Source of the DNA: Eukaryota sp. TZLM1-RC
Taxonomy: Eukaryota; Protista; Metamonada: BaSk clade
Reading direction: 5' to 3'
DNA: 64,000 nt
Assembly (NCBI GenBank): GCA_040285825.1
Contig: JAUPSS010000004.1
Location: 5,857,784-5,921,783, forward strand
Shown: positions 48,770-58,996 of the stretch, in pieces
Position numbering within the stretch: position 1 is the stretch's first letter
How the letters are laid out: each line of letters begins with the position of its first letter
The notes under the pieces: model-generated
Seen by the model: only the letters and a program-made list of their open reading frames with translations
The model's database searches: none
Told to the model about the DNA's origin: nothing
Position numbers and translations under genes: made by a program

Positions 48770-49867
48770 ATGCTCTTCTTCCTCTTTTCAACCTCTGATT
48801 GCAATCTCAGATGTACCTATTGTGGTAATCGTCCCATAGAAGACCTTATGCCTGCCAAACCCACTGTCTCCATAGATTCATTAACAAGATTTATTAAAAC
48901 TAGTCCAGATAACGAAAACACTATAGTTTTTTATGGTGGGGAACCTCTCCTCAATACTTCTTTTGTACGCTCTGTTATGGATACCATGACTACAAGGTTT
49001 GTCCTTCAAACTAATGGCACTCTCCTCCACAAGTTGGATACTCCCTATCTGTCTCGCTTAGATGCTATCCTTGTATCTATAGATGGAATCAAAGACGTAG
49101 TAGACCAGTGGAGGGGCAATTTCACCTATGACAAAGTTATGAAACAAGTGCTTTCTCTTCGATCTCGAGGTTTCACTGGTGATCTCATCGCCCGAATGAC
49201 CATTAGCAAGGATGCTGATATTTACCGTGATGTTATGCATCTGCTAGACCACAGTGCTGGTTTTGACCACATTCATTGGCAGATTGATTGTCAGTGGGAT
49301 TCACCAATGGAAGAGATTCGTCCGGATTTCAAGGAATGGGTTGAGGAGTACAATAAGGGCATTACTAGGCTAATGGAGGTTTGGATTGAGCGAATGAAGA
49401 AAGGTGTTGTTTGTGGAATTGTTCCATTTTTAGGAATCGTCAGGACTCTCTTGACTAACGTGGACTACTCTACAGTGGGTCTACAGTGCGGCATTGGTCA
49501 TTCTTCTTTTACCATTGGAACAAGGGGAAATGTTTTGGGTTGTCCCGTAAGTTGGGAAGATGATTGGAACATGATTGGTATGATTGACCAACTTGATTGC
49601 AATCAGTTACGTGAGAAGCTACATCTTTCTGAACCTTGTACCAGTTGCGCTGATCTACCTGTTTGTGGAGGACGCTGTCTGTACGCCAATAAGACGAAGT
49701 GGTGGGGGATGGAAGGATTTGATATGGTTTGTAGTACAGTACGGCATCTGATTAGTGAGTGTAAACGTGTGTTGCCGGTTATTAATGATTTGATTGAGCA
49801 GGGGGTAGTTTCAGAAGAAGTATTTCATTATGATGCTTGTAATAATTCAATGGAAGTTATTCCTTAA
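48770..49867 (+). CDS. Radical SAM/SPASM enzyme resembling the archaeal AF0577 (TIGR04084) family
   Basis: CNLRCTYC, FYGGEPLLN, QTNGTLL, SIDG, LIARMT, HWQID; SPASM CG.G...GCPV..C..C....CGGRCLYAN..C; C-terminal EVIP. Confidence 0.85.
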   Translation: MLFFLFSTSDCNLRCTYCGNRPIEDLMPAKPTVSIDSLTRFIKTSPDNENTIVFYGGEPLLNTSFVRSVMDTMTTRFVLQTNGTLLHKLDTPYLSRLDAILVSIDGIKDVVDQWRGNFTYDKVMKQVLSLRSRGFTGDLIARMTISKDADIYRDVMHLLDHSAGFDHIHWQIDCQWDSPMEEIRPDFKEWVEEYNKGITRLMEVWIERMKKGVVCGIVPFLGIVRTLLTNVDYSTVGLQCGIGHSSFTIGTRGNVLGCPVSWEDDWNMIGMIDQLDCNQLREKLHLSEPCTSCADLPVCGGRCLYANKTKWWGMEGFDMVCSTVRHLISECKRVLPVINDLIEQGVVSEEVFHYDACNNSMEVIP

Positions 49868-50019
49868 TTTAGTTTTCATTCTAATTAATTTAGTTTTAAA
49901 ATAGTTTTCATTCTCATGGTTTGAATTTCTTGATTTATACTCAAAGCTTTTTTTATTTTTTTAATAAATTAATATTTGTTTCAACATTTATAGTTACATT
50001 TGAATAAAATGTATGTCTT

Positions 50020-51970
50020 TCAAAAAACTACAAAAATTTTTCAATTTGGATTTATTCTGTATCACGTTCTTCCATTTTGCCTTTGCTGCGAAAGCATTTT
50101 CCTGAAGTTGAGTCTTTTTTCTATTCATTTTATGGAAAAAAATCAACATTGGTCTATGAAAACTTTGACCTGCTTTCGTCTTCAGGTGTTAAACAAGGTG
50201 ATCCACTTGGTCCTTTTTTAAGTTGTCTGGCAATTCATCCATTAATGTGCGAATTGAAAGAAAAATTCCCAGAAATAGATATTGTAGCATATATGGATGA
50301 CATTTCTGTAATTGCTCCTATTAAAACAAATAGCATCAAACAAATAGCATCTTTTATTCAACAGCGTTATGAAGATATTGGTCTCTCATTGAATATCTCC
50401 AAATGTTTGATTATTGGCCATGAACCAATTTATTTTTTCATTAATGATGTCAATGTCCCCTTTATCAATTATGATCAGTCTGGTTTTCGTTTTTTGGGTT
50501 GTTATCTCGGAAATATTGAAGAAGTCAAAAGCCAACTTTCGACTCTGTTGACTCAATTTGGAAATGAATTAGCATCAATAGAAAATTGAAATATTGAGAA
50601 ACATTTGAAATTATTTTTCCTAAAAATTTGTTATTCTGGAAGATTTACTCATATTTTGAGATCAACATCACCATCAATTTCTTTGGCGTTTTGTCGAATT
50701 TTTAATGAACAAAGAACCAATTTTTTAACAAAATTATTGGAAATTGATGCATCTCAGTTACGAAGCCACATTTTTTGTGGTACAAATTTTGGTGGTGTTG
50801 ATTTTCATAAATCAAGCTATCTTTGTAAAGTTGCCTTTATTGGAGGTGGTAAAAATCTTATTTATGAATTTGTGAATCGCTTTTCAGATAAAATTGATCT
50901 CATTGAAAACTGTGGCAGCTCTTATCTTATTTCTTTGCAACAGGAAATTGAAACTCTTTCACCAAATATTTGGTCTAAATATTTGCCCTCTGATATTGTG
51001 GAGCTTCCTCCAAGAAGCTTGCTTTCCTTACCACTGACTTTTGCAAAATTGCAGAAAAAAATCTTGAAAGTTTTAGAAAACTTGGATTATATTGTACGTC
51101 TTAGCTTGGCTAAAGAAAAAAATCCCGTTTTTGCAAACTTTTTGATTGATCTTGAAGACAGTTGCTCAAGTTGCCTAATCTTCCAAATTCCCAACAATTA
51201 TGGCCTTCTACTCAATGATCACCAATGGACCACTGCAATGAGAATGAGATGTTTTCTATGGCCTTGTTCTTTACCAAATGATTTAATTTGTCGCTGCAAG
51301 AGTGTTGTTACGCTTTCCCATATTTTAAACTGTAAGTATTTTATAACTTATCGCTCAATTGTTCATGACTCAGTTCGTGATCAATTATATGCCATGTGCA
51401 GAAGTTTCAATATAAAGGCATTTATTGAGCCATTAGTACGTAGGCTGTCTTCAGATCAAACTGATGATTCCTTTGGTAAAAGAAGGGCAGATTTAGTAGC
51501 TCCAGGGATCGATGGTGTTCTCAATGTTGTGGATTTTGTCTCAGTTGATGTCTGCAAAAATTCGGCTGCTGGTTTGGTGTATTCCGCTGATTCGCCGTTA
51601 TCTAACGCCGAAAAAAAGAAGATAAAAAAATATGAAGAACCTTTGGCACAGTTAGGTAGAGTGGAACATGTGAAATATCAGTTTGTGCCGTTTGCAATTT
51701 CTCTTTTAGGCAATATTGGACCTTTAGGGTTACACTTTTTTTGAAAATTTTAAGAAAGTGTTACTGAATAGGTCTGGTAAAACAATGAACTCCATTTTCT
51801 GGTTAAATAGAATTGTTGTTTGCATTTTCAAGTCTATTCCATCAATGATTTCAAAGGCACTTTTAGCTATTGGTGTAGAATATGAACGTAATGCTGTGAG
51901 TAGGTTTAGTAATAGTGACGCTTGTTTGGAGGATATTGAATTCTAGCTAGATTTTTTTTCTCAATAAAAA
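50020..51970 (+). mobile_element. 5'-truncated CRE-like non-LTR family C copy (RT + RLE)
   Basis: GVKQGDPLGP, YMDD, GLSLN.SKC, FLG; CRC..HILNC, HDSVRD, EP, RRAD..D. Confidence 0.92.
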
Positions 51971-51999
51971 TTCAAATGTAAATGAAAAAAAATTGGATT

Positions 52000-52175
52000 T
52001 GCAATTCATCAAAATCTCGAATTCAATTTGTCATTATTAATAGATTGCCTCTGTTTTTCAATCGAATTAGAGAATCCTTAGCAAGACAGCAAGCAGATCA
52101 AGATTTTGTAGAGGAAATGTTGGTTTAATGAATTTCGTCCCATTAGTTATGAGTCAAGTGTGCAAGATTAAAAAA
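52000..52175 (+). mobile_element. 3' tail of non-LTR family A
   Basis: SRIQF.IINRLP..FNRIRE.LARQQA.QDFVEE plus the A-type 3' UTR. Confidence 0.85.
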
Positions 52176-52308
52176 TATTATTTTGTTTTAAATCCATACT
52201 TTTGAATTCCAAAATTCAAAATACCTAAAGAAATATTTAAAGATTTCCAGCAATATTTACTGAAATTCCCGAATTCCACTGTATGGAATTTAAAGGTATG
52301 TCTAAATC

Positions 52309-52704
52309 TTAACGTTCTAGCTGCAGACTCTGAGATTGAGTAGTTTCATTTAATTTAGATACTTCACACTCAAGTTGCTGGTTTAGTGATTGAACACTGC
52401 TCATTTCTTGGTTAAGTTGTGATATGTGCGCATCATGAGAGTGTAGAGACGACAGAGCAAGGGAAAGAGAGGACTGTAGTTGAGATTCAATTGAGGTAAG
52501 TTCTGCATTGATATCATGGCGAAGGTCATTGAGATCAGAACGAAGCGAGAACGCATTTGAAACCTTCTGGAGTGTGTCTGGAGCGAAAAATACATCACTT
52601 ACTTGTGGAAGAGGAAGATTATGTGATTTGCAGTAGTTTTGATAAGTAGTGATTGTGTGTTTAAGCTGAATCACCTTGGTTTGTAAAGAATTGAGTTTAG
52701 ACAT
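52309..52704 (-). CDS. Hypothetical coiled-coil protein, possibly 3'-truncated
   Basis: 131-aa ATG ORF with heptad character. Confidence 0.5.
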   Translation of the reverse strand: MSKLNSLQTKVIQLKHTITTYQNYCKSHNLPLPQVSDVFFAPDTLQKVSNAFSLRSDLNDLRHDINAELTSIESQLQSSLSLALSSLHSHDAHISQLNQEMSSVQSLNQQLECEVSKLNETTQSQSLQLER

Positions 52705-52959
52705 CGCCTAATAACACAAAACGTCAAACAGTGGTAACCTGTTGAGATTGATGGAGGACGTGGATAAAATGAACTGAGATGCTGAACTACTCAGTTGGAG
52801 AATTCTTACAAAGTAAATGGAAAGTGTGGGAAAGTGTGGGAATAGTGAAAACCTCCCAAAACCAAGTTGAGGGTTAAAAACCTCCCAGAATAGGCAACCA
52901 GAAGTCGAAAATGGGTGACAAGTGTAAAATTTGATAGATGAGCTCTTTATTCTCACTAC

Positions 52960-54915
52960 ATGTCAGACACCCCCTCTGTATCACGTGTATTCACTCGGTC
53001 TTGTGCACTTAACTCGCTGCTGACCCCTGCAGCGGTGCAACAAATTCGGACTGACCTTCCTGTGGTCACCGAGATTTGTCATGAAGCGTCTTTATTACTT
53101 CAATCTTTTTCTTCTAAATTTTCCGTTGGCATCAAGAGCTTTAGTGGAACAGGATGTATGGTATCTGTTTATGACCGTCATCACCACTGGTTCTTTTCCA
53201 AAGCCTTCCACATCTAAAGGCCAACGCCAATTACTCCATATCTTTTACAATGGATTTCTTCCTGAATGCCCACAAGACAGGTCTCTTGTTTCTGTGTGGG
53301 AAAATTCTTTAGTGCCTTACAGAAATTCATTCAATCTTTTCCTCAATGATTGGCTGCAGTCCCAGAACTGTAATTTTATCAATAGAAAAGGGCTTTCTTC
53401 TTATCTTGCCTGTCGTGCTCGTCAATTGGCCTCCAACGTTAAGACATGTTTACCCAAAATTTGTCAATCCTGGACAAAAACTTTATTCGTGCTCATTGTA
53501 GAGCCCTGAATAAAACAAATGTCTTTGCAAATAATATTCTTTCACTTTTGCCAGATGAACTACTAGCCCAACCCGAGGAAGTAGTAGTTGATTCTGTTCT
53601 TGAATACCTCATCAATTTCAATTTGAATAATTCAAGAGAAAGATTTTTTTTATTGAATGCATGTAGGTTTATCTTGAATCTCTTTCAAAGATTTCCTACC
53701 ACTGCCTCCCTACTGTCCTCACATGATAAAATCACTTTTTCATCAAAGGAAATTAGTGAGCTTTTTCTCTTCAATCTTAAAATTTCACAATACTTACTCA
53801 CTTTCTTTTCTCATATGCATTGCTGGAAGAAATTTAGAATAATACTTTTAGCTTCTCATAAAGGTTCTAAATTTATTGAGGTACCTTCACAAATTTTCCA
53901 CTCTGTGAAAAAATTTCCAATTATTGAAGGATCATCTTCCAAAACAAAGTTTATCAAAAATACATGTCTGAAACGAGTATTCAAACAATGTCCTTACCAA
54001 AAATTCAATATCAACAGAAAAAGTTTGAAAAATAGATTTAACAAAATTTTATTGAAAACTAATGGTAATGAACTGCTTTTGACCTTTGAAGGTAAAAATA
54101 ATGACTCAGAAAACACAGATGAGCTGGATGAACCACCGAAAAAGAAAAGAAGATCAAAAAATGAAATGAAAAGTGACCCTAATGCCAACAAAACCAGAGA
54201 AACACAGTTGAAGGGTACTAAAAAAATGCCCCGTCGAAGACGTAGACATCCAGTGGAAATTTTACCTGAAAGCCCCCTTATTGGCGTTGATCTTGGCCAA
54301 TCAAGATTATGTGGTTACTTCTTAAATGATAATCAATGTGGAGTTATCCCTTGTCCAACTGGCAGAAGATACATGACAAAACCTTCACCCAGTAAACACT
54401 CTCCCAACCAATATTCCGTTCAAAATTTCAACCAATATTTGAACCATTGGAATTTGGTCAGGAGGAAAGTGTATTTGGAAAGTAATCGCCAGAAATGGAA
54501 AATAATTAAATTTGATAACCGCAGACGAAAAGAGAGACGGTTCAGAGAGAGTCTCAACAAATTTCAAAGTCTGGCTGGACATCCTGAAAAACTCTATCTT
54601 GCTGTGGGTTCTGCTAATTTCCCTTCTCATTGCCGAAAAGTCAATCGATATGGATCAGCAAGGGCTTTCAGAAAATGGTTGTGTTATCAAAAGGACGTGA
54701 AGCACTTGTCAACCAGTGAATTTAATACAAGCAAAATGTCAAGTTGTTGCATGGCCGAGAATATTCAAGCAGGCTCATGGCAGATGCGTATTTGTACTGA
54801 GTGTCAAATAGTATATGACAGAGATATTTCCGCTGCAAAAAATATTCAAATTAAGAAAAAAGCGGAATTGTGGCCGGAAAGATACATTTGCCCAGATGCT
54901 CTGCTGAGGAGATGA
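52960..54915 (+). CDS. Fanzor1-type RNA-guided endonuclease (family A), ~651 aa after correcting two homopolymer frameshifts; pseudogene or assembly error
   Basis: RuvC-I IGVDLG; Gly at the canonical TnpB Glu position (LAVGS) with relocated Glu in TSEFNTSKMSSCC; Zn finger CTEC; RuvC-III DRDISAAKNI; long N-terminal extension. The +1 (~53106-53110) and -1 (~53476-53480) shifts are resolved by the copy at 15033-15850. Confidence 0.9.
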
Positions 54916-55187
54916 ATAGGGAACGTGAGCATACAGAAACAAAAACTTTTGAGACCGATCTACAAATACCTTAGTAGCATTTGGTAGATCCACTTAGATA
55001 CATCAAGTCGCGAGGCTTTGTTCTGTGAATGCAGTAGGTGTATTTAAGTGAGGTAGCCCATTGATGAAGATCATGATTGTCTTTGTCAAATGATGCTACA
55101 TGTCTCTTACAGCCTGTGAGTAGACATTGAGAAAGTTGAAAACAGGAGTGAATTTCACAGGGGAATGCATGATAAGTGAAATTCACA
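54916..55187 (+). ncRNA. Putative omega-RNA scaffold and right end of Fanzor family A
   Basis: Five hairpins: 54957-54990, 54991-55050, 55053-55099, 55100-55127, 55148-55185, with sense-strand G-U pairs. Ends GAAATTCACAG|TA like family B. Confidence 0.72.
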
Positions 55188-55230
55188 GTAACGTTCTACA
55201 ACCATTTAACGTTTATTGAGCTTGTAGCTG

Positions 55231-55785
55231 ATGGCTCAGTTCGATCTCAGCATCCTTTCACAAGCGCAAACCTCAGACTTTAGTTCTCCGTGTATACAAT
55301 GTCTTTCTTGTGGACGTATTCTTTTGCTATCTTCTCTTAAAAACCACCGCAATCACTGTGCTTTATATCTTAAAATGCAGATGTCCAAACCTATAACCAA
55401 TATGATTGCTTCAACTCGAGAAAAGTCTGCCAATTCGTCCAAAAAACAGATTTACCCACCACGAACCGAAAAACGTAAGGCCAATACCCGCAGAACTTCA
55501 TCTAAATCGTCAACAAAAAGAAGACCCCCGAGAACCAAGCAAGAAGTCAAGCAAGAACCTCAACCGATGTTTACTGGGAAAGATCTCACTCTACAACCCT
55601 CTGCATCAACAGTTGAAGCATTGCAGCATTATACTGCTCTGTGTGAGGATGTACATTTGCCTTTAGGCGAACGACTACGAAAGGTTTTGTCAAATCCTCC
55701 AAAGGATGTTAAATTAAAGCCCATTAGGTTCCGTAGAACAAGAAGTGGAAGTCCAAAGAGGGAATATTCACTGGGAATTCATTAA
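55231..55785 (+). CDS. Hypothetical basic protein with an N-terminal Zn-finger-like motif
   Basis: CLSCGR..L..H..HC followed by a K/R-rich region. Confidence 0.65.
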   Translation: MAQFDLSILSQAQTSDFSSPCIQCLSCGRILLLSSLKNHRNHCALYLKMQMSKPITNMIASTREKSANSSKKQIYPPRTEKRKANTRRTSSKSSTKRRPPRTKQEVKQEPQPMFTGKDLTLQPSASTVEALQHYTALCEDVHLPLGERLRKVLSNPPKDVKLKPIRFRRTRSGSPKREYSLGIH

Positions 55786-55878
55786 GTTGTGGTCTTAATC
55801 ACAATAAGAAATCATTTAATAAAATATTAAAAAAAGATTGTTTATTTGTCAAAAAAAGTAATATACAAAAATTAAATA

Positions 55879-57180
55879 TTAAGCCTTCATCCGATTTCGA
55901 GCCACATAATCATGGGGAAAAACCTTTGGTCTTACGTGTCCCTTGTAGTTGCCATGAACAGCAGCTGCCACTCCATATCCATGGTGGTGGTGGTGATGGT
56001 AGTTGGGACGATGGACACCAAGCCTCCGTATCCTTTCAATACGTTCCATTCTTCCCGGCGAAGTATTGAGTGCAGGCAGAGGCTTACGAGGAGCAAACCT
56101 ACTATCCTTGCTTTTGGGGAGAGGAACTGTTGGAGTATTTGGCGGTGGGTTTTCCTTATCACCGTCAATACTACCCTTCTTGCGCTCAACAGATCCTACC
56201 TTAATATTTCCCTCTTCGACCTTCATAGAGAGATGAGGAAGGCGGAGAGGAGTTCTGCTGGGCTGGAATTGCGGTGCAGGGAGTTTGATCTTTTGAACAC
56301 GCAGATTTCTTGGAACTTTAATAGTCGGTACAACTGACTTTGGCGGAGATGTAGAACTTCCTACATCTTTTGGAACCAAGTGCATACGTAACTGTAATGT
56401 CGGAAGCTGCAGAAGATCATCAATTGTTGGTCTCTTGTTAGGATCCACATTCAGCATGGAGCCAACAATATCACGAATGTCCCTAGACCATCGTGGTGGC
56501 ACAGGCTCGTACTTTCCAGAAAGTACTCTATTAGAGAGGGAACGAATATCATTTGCAACAAAAGGATGTCGAAAAGTGAGAATCTCGTAGAGAAGGCACC
56601 CAAGAGACCACATGTCAGACTTTGCATTATAGGGGCGATTCCTCCAGATTTCAGGGCTCAGGTAGTAAGGAGTTCCGATAGAAGTCTTGGCAAGAGCATC
56701 ATCGGCTTTGAGAAGTTTGGCAACACCTAAATCGCCAATCTTCACCATGTTATCACCATCGAGAAAAATGTTGGCAGATTTTAGGTCTCTGTGTAAGATA
56801 TTCCTGTCATGGAGACACTTAAGTCCCAGACATATTTGGATAAAGAAAGACCATATCAAATCTTCTTGAAAGTACTGTCTCCTGGTTTTGTATTTCTTAA
56901 TAAGTCCGAGCAGATCTCCGCTCCTAGCATAGTCTGTCACAATGTTCAGCTTGTCATTCTCAATAAAAGCATGTTTGTAGGCGATGATGTTGGGGTGGGA
57001 CACACTGGCAAGTATTCGGACTTCATTGACTGTGTCCTCGCGTTCACGTTGACTCATAGACTGGATATCGACTTCTTTGATTGCATACTCCTTGCCATCG
57101 GCATGACGGAGAGCACGGTACACACAGCCAAAGCTGCCTTTACCAATGAATCTGACGATCTTAAAGTCTCGCAGACTCAT
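55879..57180 (-). CDS. NIMA-related (NEK) protein kinase
   Basis: GKGSFG, E...NEVRILAS..HPNII.Y, HRDLKSANIFL, KIGDLGVAK, IGTPYYLSPE, YN.KSD.WSLGC. First ATG at 57180. Confidence 0.95.
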   Translation of the reverse strand: MSLRDFKIVRFIGKGSFGCVYRALRHADGKEYAIKEVDIQSMSQREREDTVNEVRILASVSHPNIIAYKHAFIENDKLNIVTDYARSGDLLGLIKKYKTRRQYFQEDLIWSFFIQICLGLKCLHDRNILHRDLKSANIFLDGDNMVKIGDLGVAKLLKADDALAKTSIGTPYYLSPEIWRNRPYNAKSDMWSLGCLLYEILTFRHPFVANDIRSLSNRVLSGKYEPVPPRWSRDIRDIVGSMLNVDPNKRPTIDDLLQLPTLQLRMHLVPKDVGSSTSPPKSVVPTIKVPRNLRVQKIKLPAPQFQPSRTPLRLPHLSMKVEEGNIKVGSVERKKGSIDGDKENPPPNTPTVPLPKSKDSRFAPRKPLPALNTSPGRMERIERIRRLGVHRPNYHHHHHHGYGVAAAVHGNYKGHVRPKVFPHDYVARNRMKA

Positions 57181-57319
57181 AGTAACTGATAAGGGATGTA
57201 AGGATGTGGGGGGAGAACTCAAAGTGGGGGCAGTTCTATTTTGGTTAAATCAATTTTTCTTGGGAAATCATTGTTGTTCGATTGAACTTAATTTAATAAT
57301 ATATTTTTTATCAAAAACT

Positions 57320-58850
57320 TATAAATAATCAACTAAATTATTTATCTCCCCCAAAACAAAACAACTAGATGCTACTTTCTCATAGTTAAATCCAAGAGAA
57401 AACAAAGCATCAAAAACCGTCTTCAACATCCCCTTGAAAATGGAGTACACAATTCTATTTGCGCAGAACATTCTGTTCAAATTCTGTTAGTTTTTCCTTT
57501 TACAATTATTTCAATATCTTCCAAAAAACGTATAGCCGTTGGAGCAAGTGAACCAAGAAGAGAAGATACAAATAGATACAGATTGTATTTTGCATGCTGT
57601 TGCCTGGACAAATTGGACAAAGGTTCATTGTATTTTTTTCATGTAGAAATTTTCAGCATTTGAAAGAGGATTATGAATTTCAGAATTAACAAGCCTTTCC
57701 TTTGAGACATTACAAGAATCAACAGACATTACATCCAATAAAATGAAGCTTCTATATAATCCAGGTAATATAGCATCACCTCTATTATTCTCAAGAACAT
57801 CATCTGCAGTATCAAACATATTTGACAGATTTGTGCCAAAAAGGATTCAATTCTATGAGACTTACACATACAATATAATTAATCTCGTACAGCATCCTGA
57901 ACCTTGCTTCTAAAAGTGATAAAATGTTTACAATTTAACAAATGAGTAGTTGTAATTTCTCGAGAACATTTACAAATTAAATTATGAGGTAATTTATCAG
58001 GCCAGATAAAGGAACGAAATCTCATATTCAAAGTGCAAGCAAAATCAGACAAGGGAGTACCATAAACTTGAGGAATTGTTATTACTAAGACAGAAGTACT
58101 ACTACACATATCTTGTAAAAGATTTGCAAAAGCGGGATTCTTTTTCTTGACCAAGCCAAGTCTAACATGAAACTCCACGTTTTCTAAAATCTTTGACAGT
58201 TTTTGTTGAAGCTTTTTACAGCAAAACTAAAAATTAAAAAGAGATCGGTTTGGAATTTCTTGAATTGATTGGGGAAAACATTTGGTCCAAATTAGTGGTG
58301 GCAATTTATCAAGTTCGCAAGATAACTCATTCAGATATGGACTGCAACTGGGAACTAACAGATGAGATTCTTCAGGAAATCTACGAGAAAATTCATAAAT
58401 AAAATTCTTGCTCCAACCAAGAATGCTGATTGACACAAAATGGAAGATTTAGTACATCCAATACCACCCACATTTGCTGAAGAAAATAAGTGATTTTTCA
58501 ACATTTCTGGTTCTACATCCAATAAATCAGCAAAAAATTCTGTTCTCAATGAATTAAAGGAACGTCAAAAATCTAATGCTATGGAAGGAACACAAGATCT
58601 CAAAATGTGGGTTATTTTCCCGGTGTAGCAAATTTTAAGCATGAAAAATTTAGTATGTTTTTCTTAATCTAAAAAAAGAAATTGCATCAAGTTCAATTTT
58701 CATTTTCTCCAAAATAACTTGTAATTCATTCTGAATTTGAGGCACGTTTCCTAACCAACAAACAAGGAACTTAAAAGCATTACTACTATAATTAGTGAAA
58801 GGGATAACAGAATCGTTTATCACAAGATCTTGTGCAGATGAGCCAATCAC
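57320..58850 (-). mobile_element. Decayed 5'-truncated non-LTR element, family B-like
   Basis: Fragments FKFL.CWLG, GGIG, RLGL.KKKNP.FANLL, CKC..HLLNC..RSKV.DAVRD, NRGD..DVMSVD. Confidence 0.85.
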
Positions 58851-58854
58851 TAAT

Positions 58855-58996
58855 ATTGTTTATAGCTTTTGTTTCATATTCATATTAGCTGATTTATTTT
58901 GAAAAAGGGAAGAAGCAGTGTTGGCGCCCTAAGGCTTATATCATATGAATAGAAAATCAATCAGACTTTCTTTATTACAATAGTTTTATGGCAGCA
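58855..58996 (+). mobile_element. Orphan 3' UTR + PPT + LTR fragment of the gypsy element at 1-3896
   Basis: Close match to ~3755-3896; LTR at 58919-58996. Confidence 0.85.

Noticed and set aside
53100-53485. Programmed ribosomal frameshifting or introns in the Fanzor A gene
   Set aside because: The sister copy lacks both indels, both lie in homopolymers, and there are no suitable GT-AG micro-introns. Decay or sequencing error is simpler.
55912-57189. Plus-strand ORFs over the NEK gene, and similar short ORFs opposite PLK, LTN1, AspRS and retroelements
   Set aside because: Antisense or alternative-frame shadows of real coding sequence.
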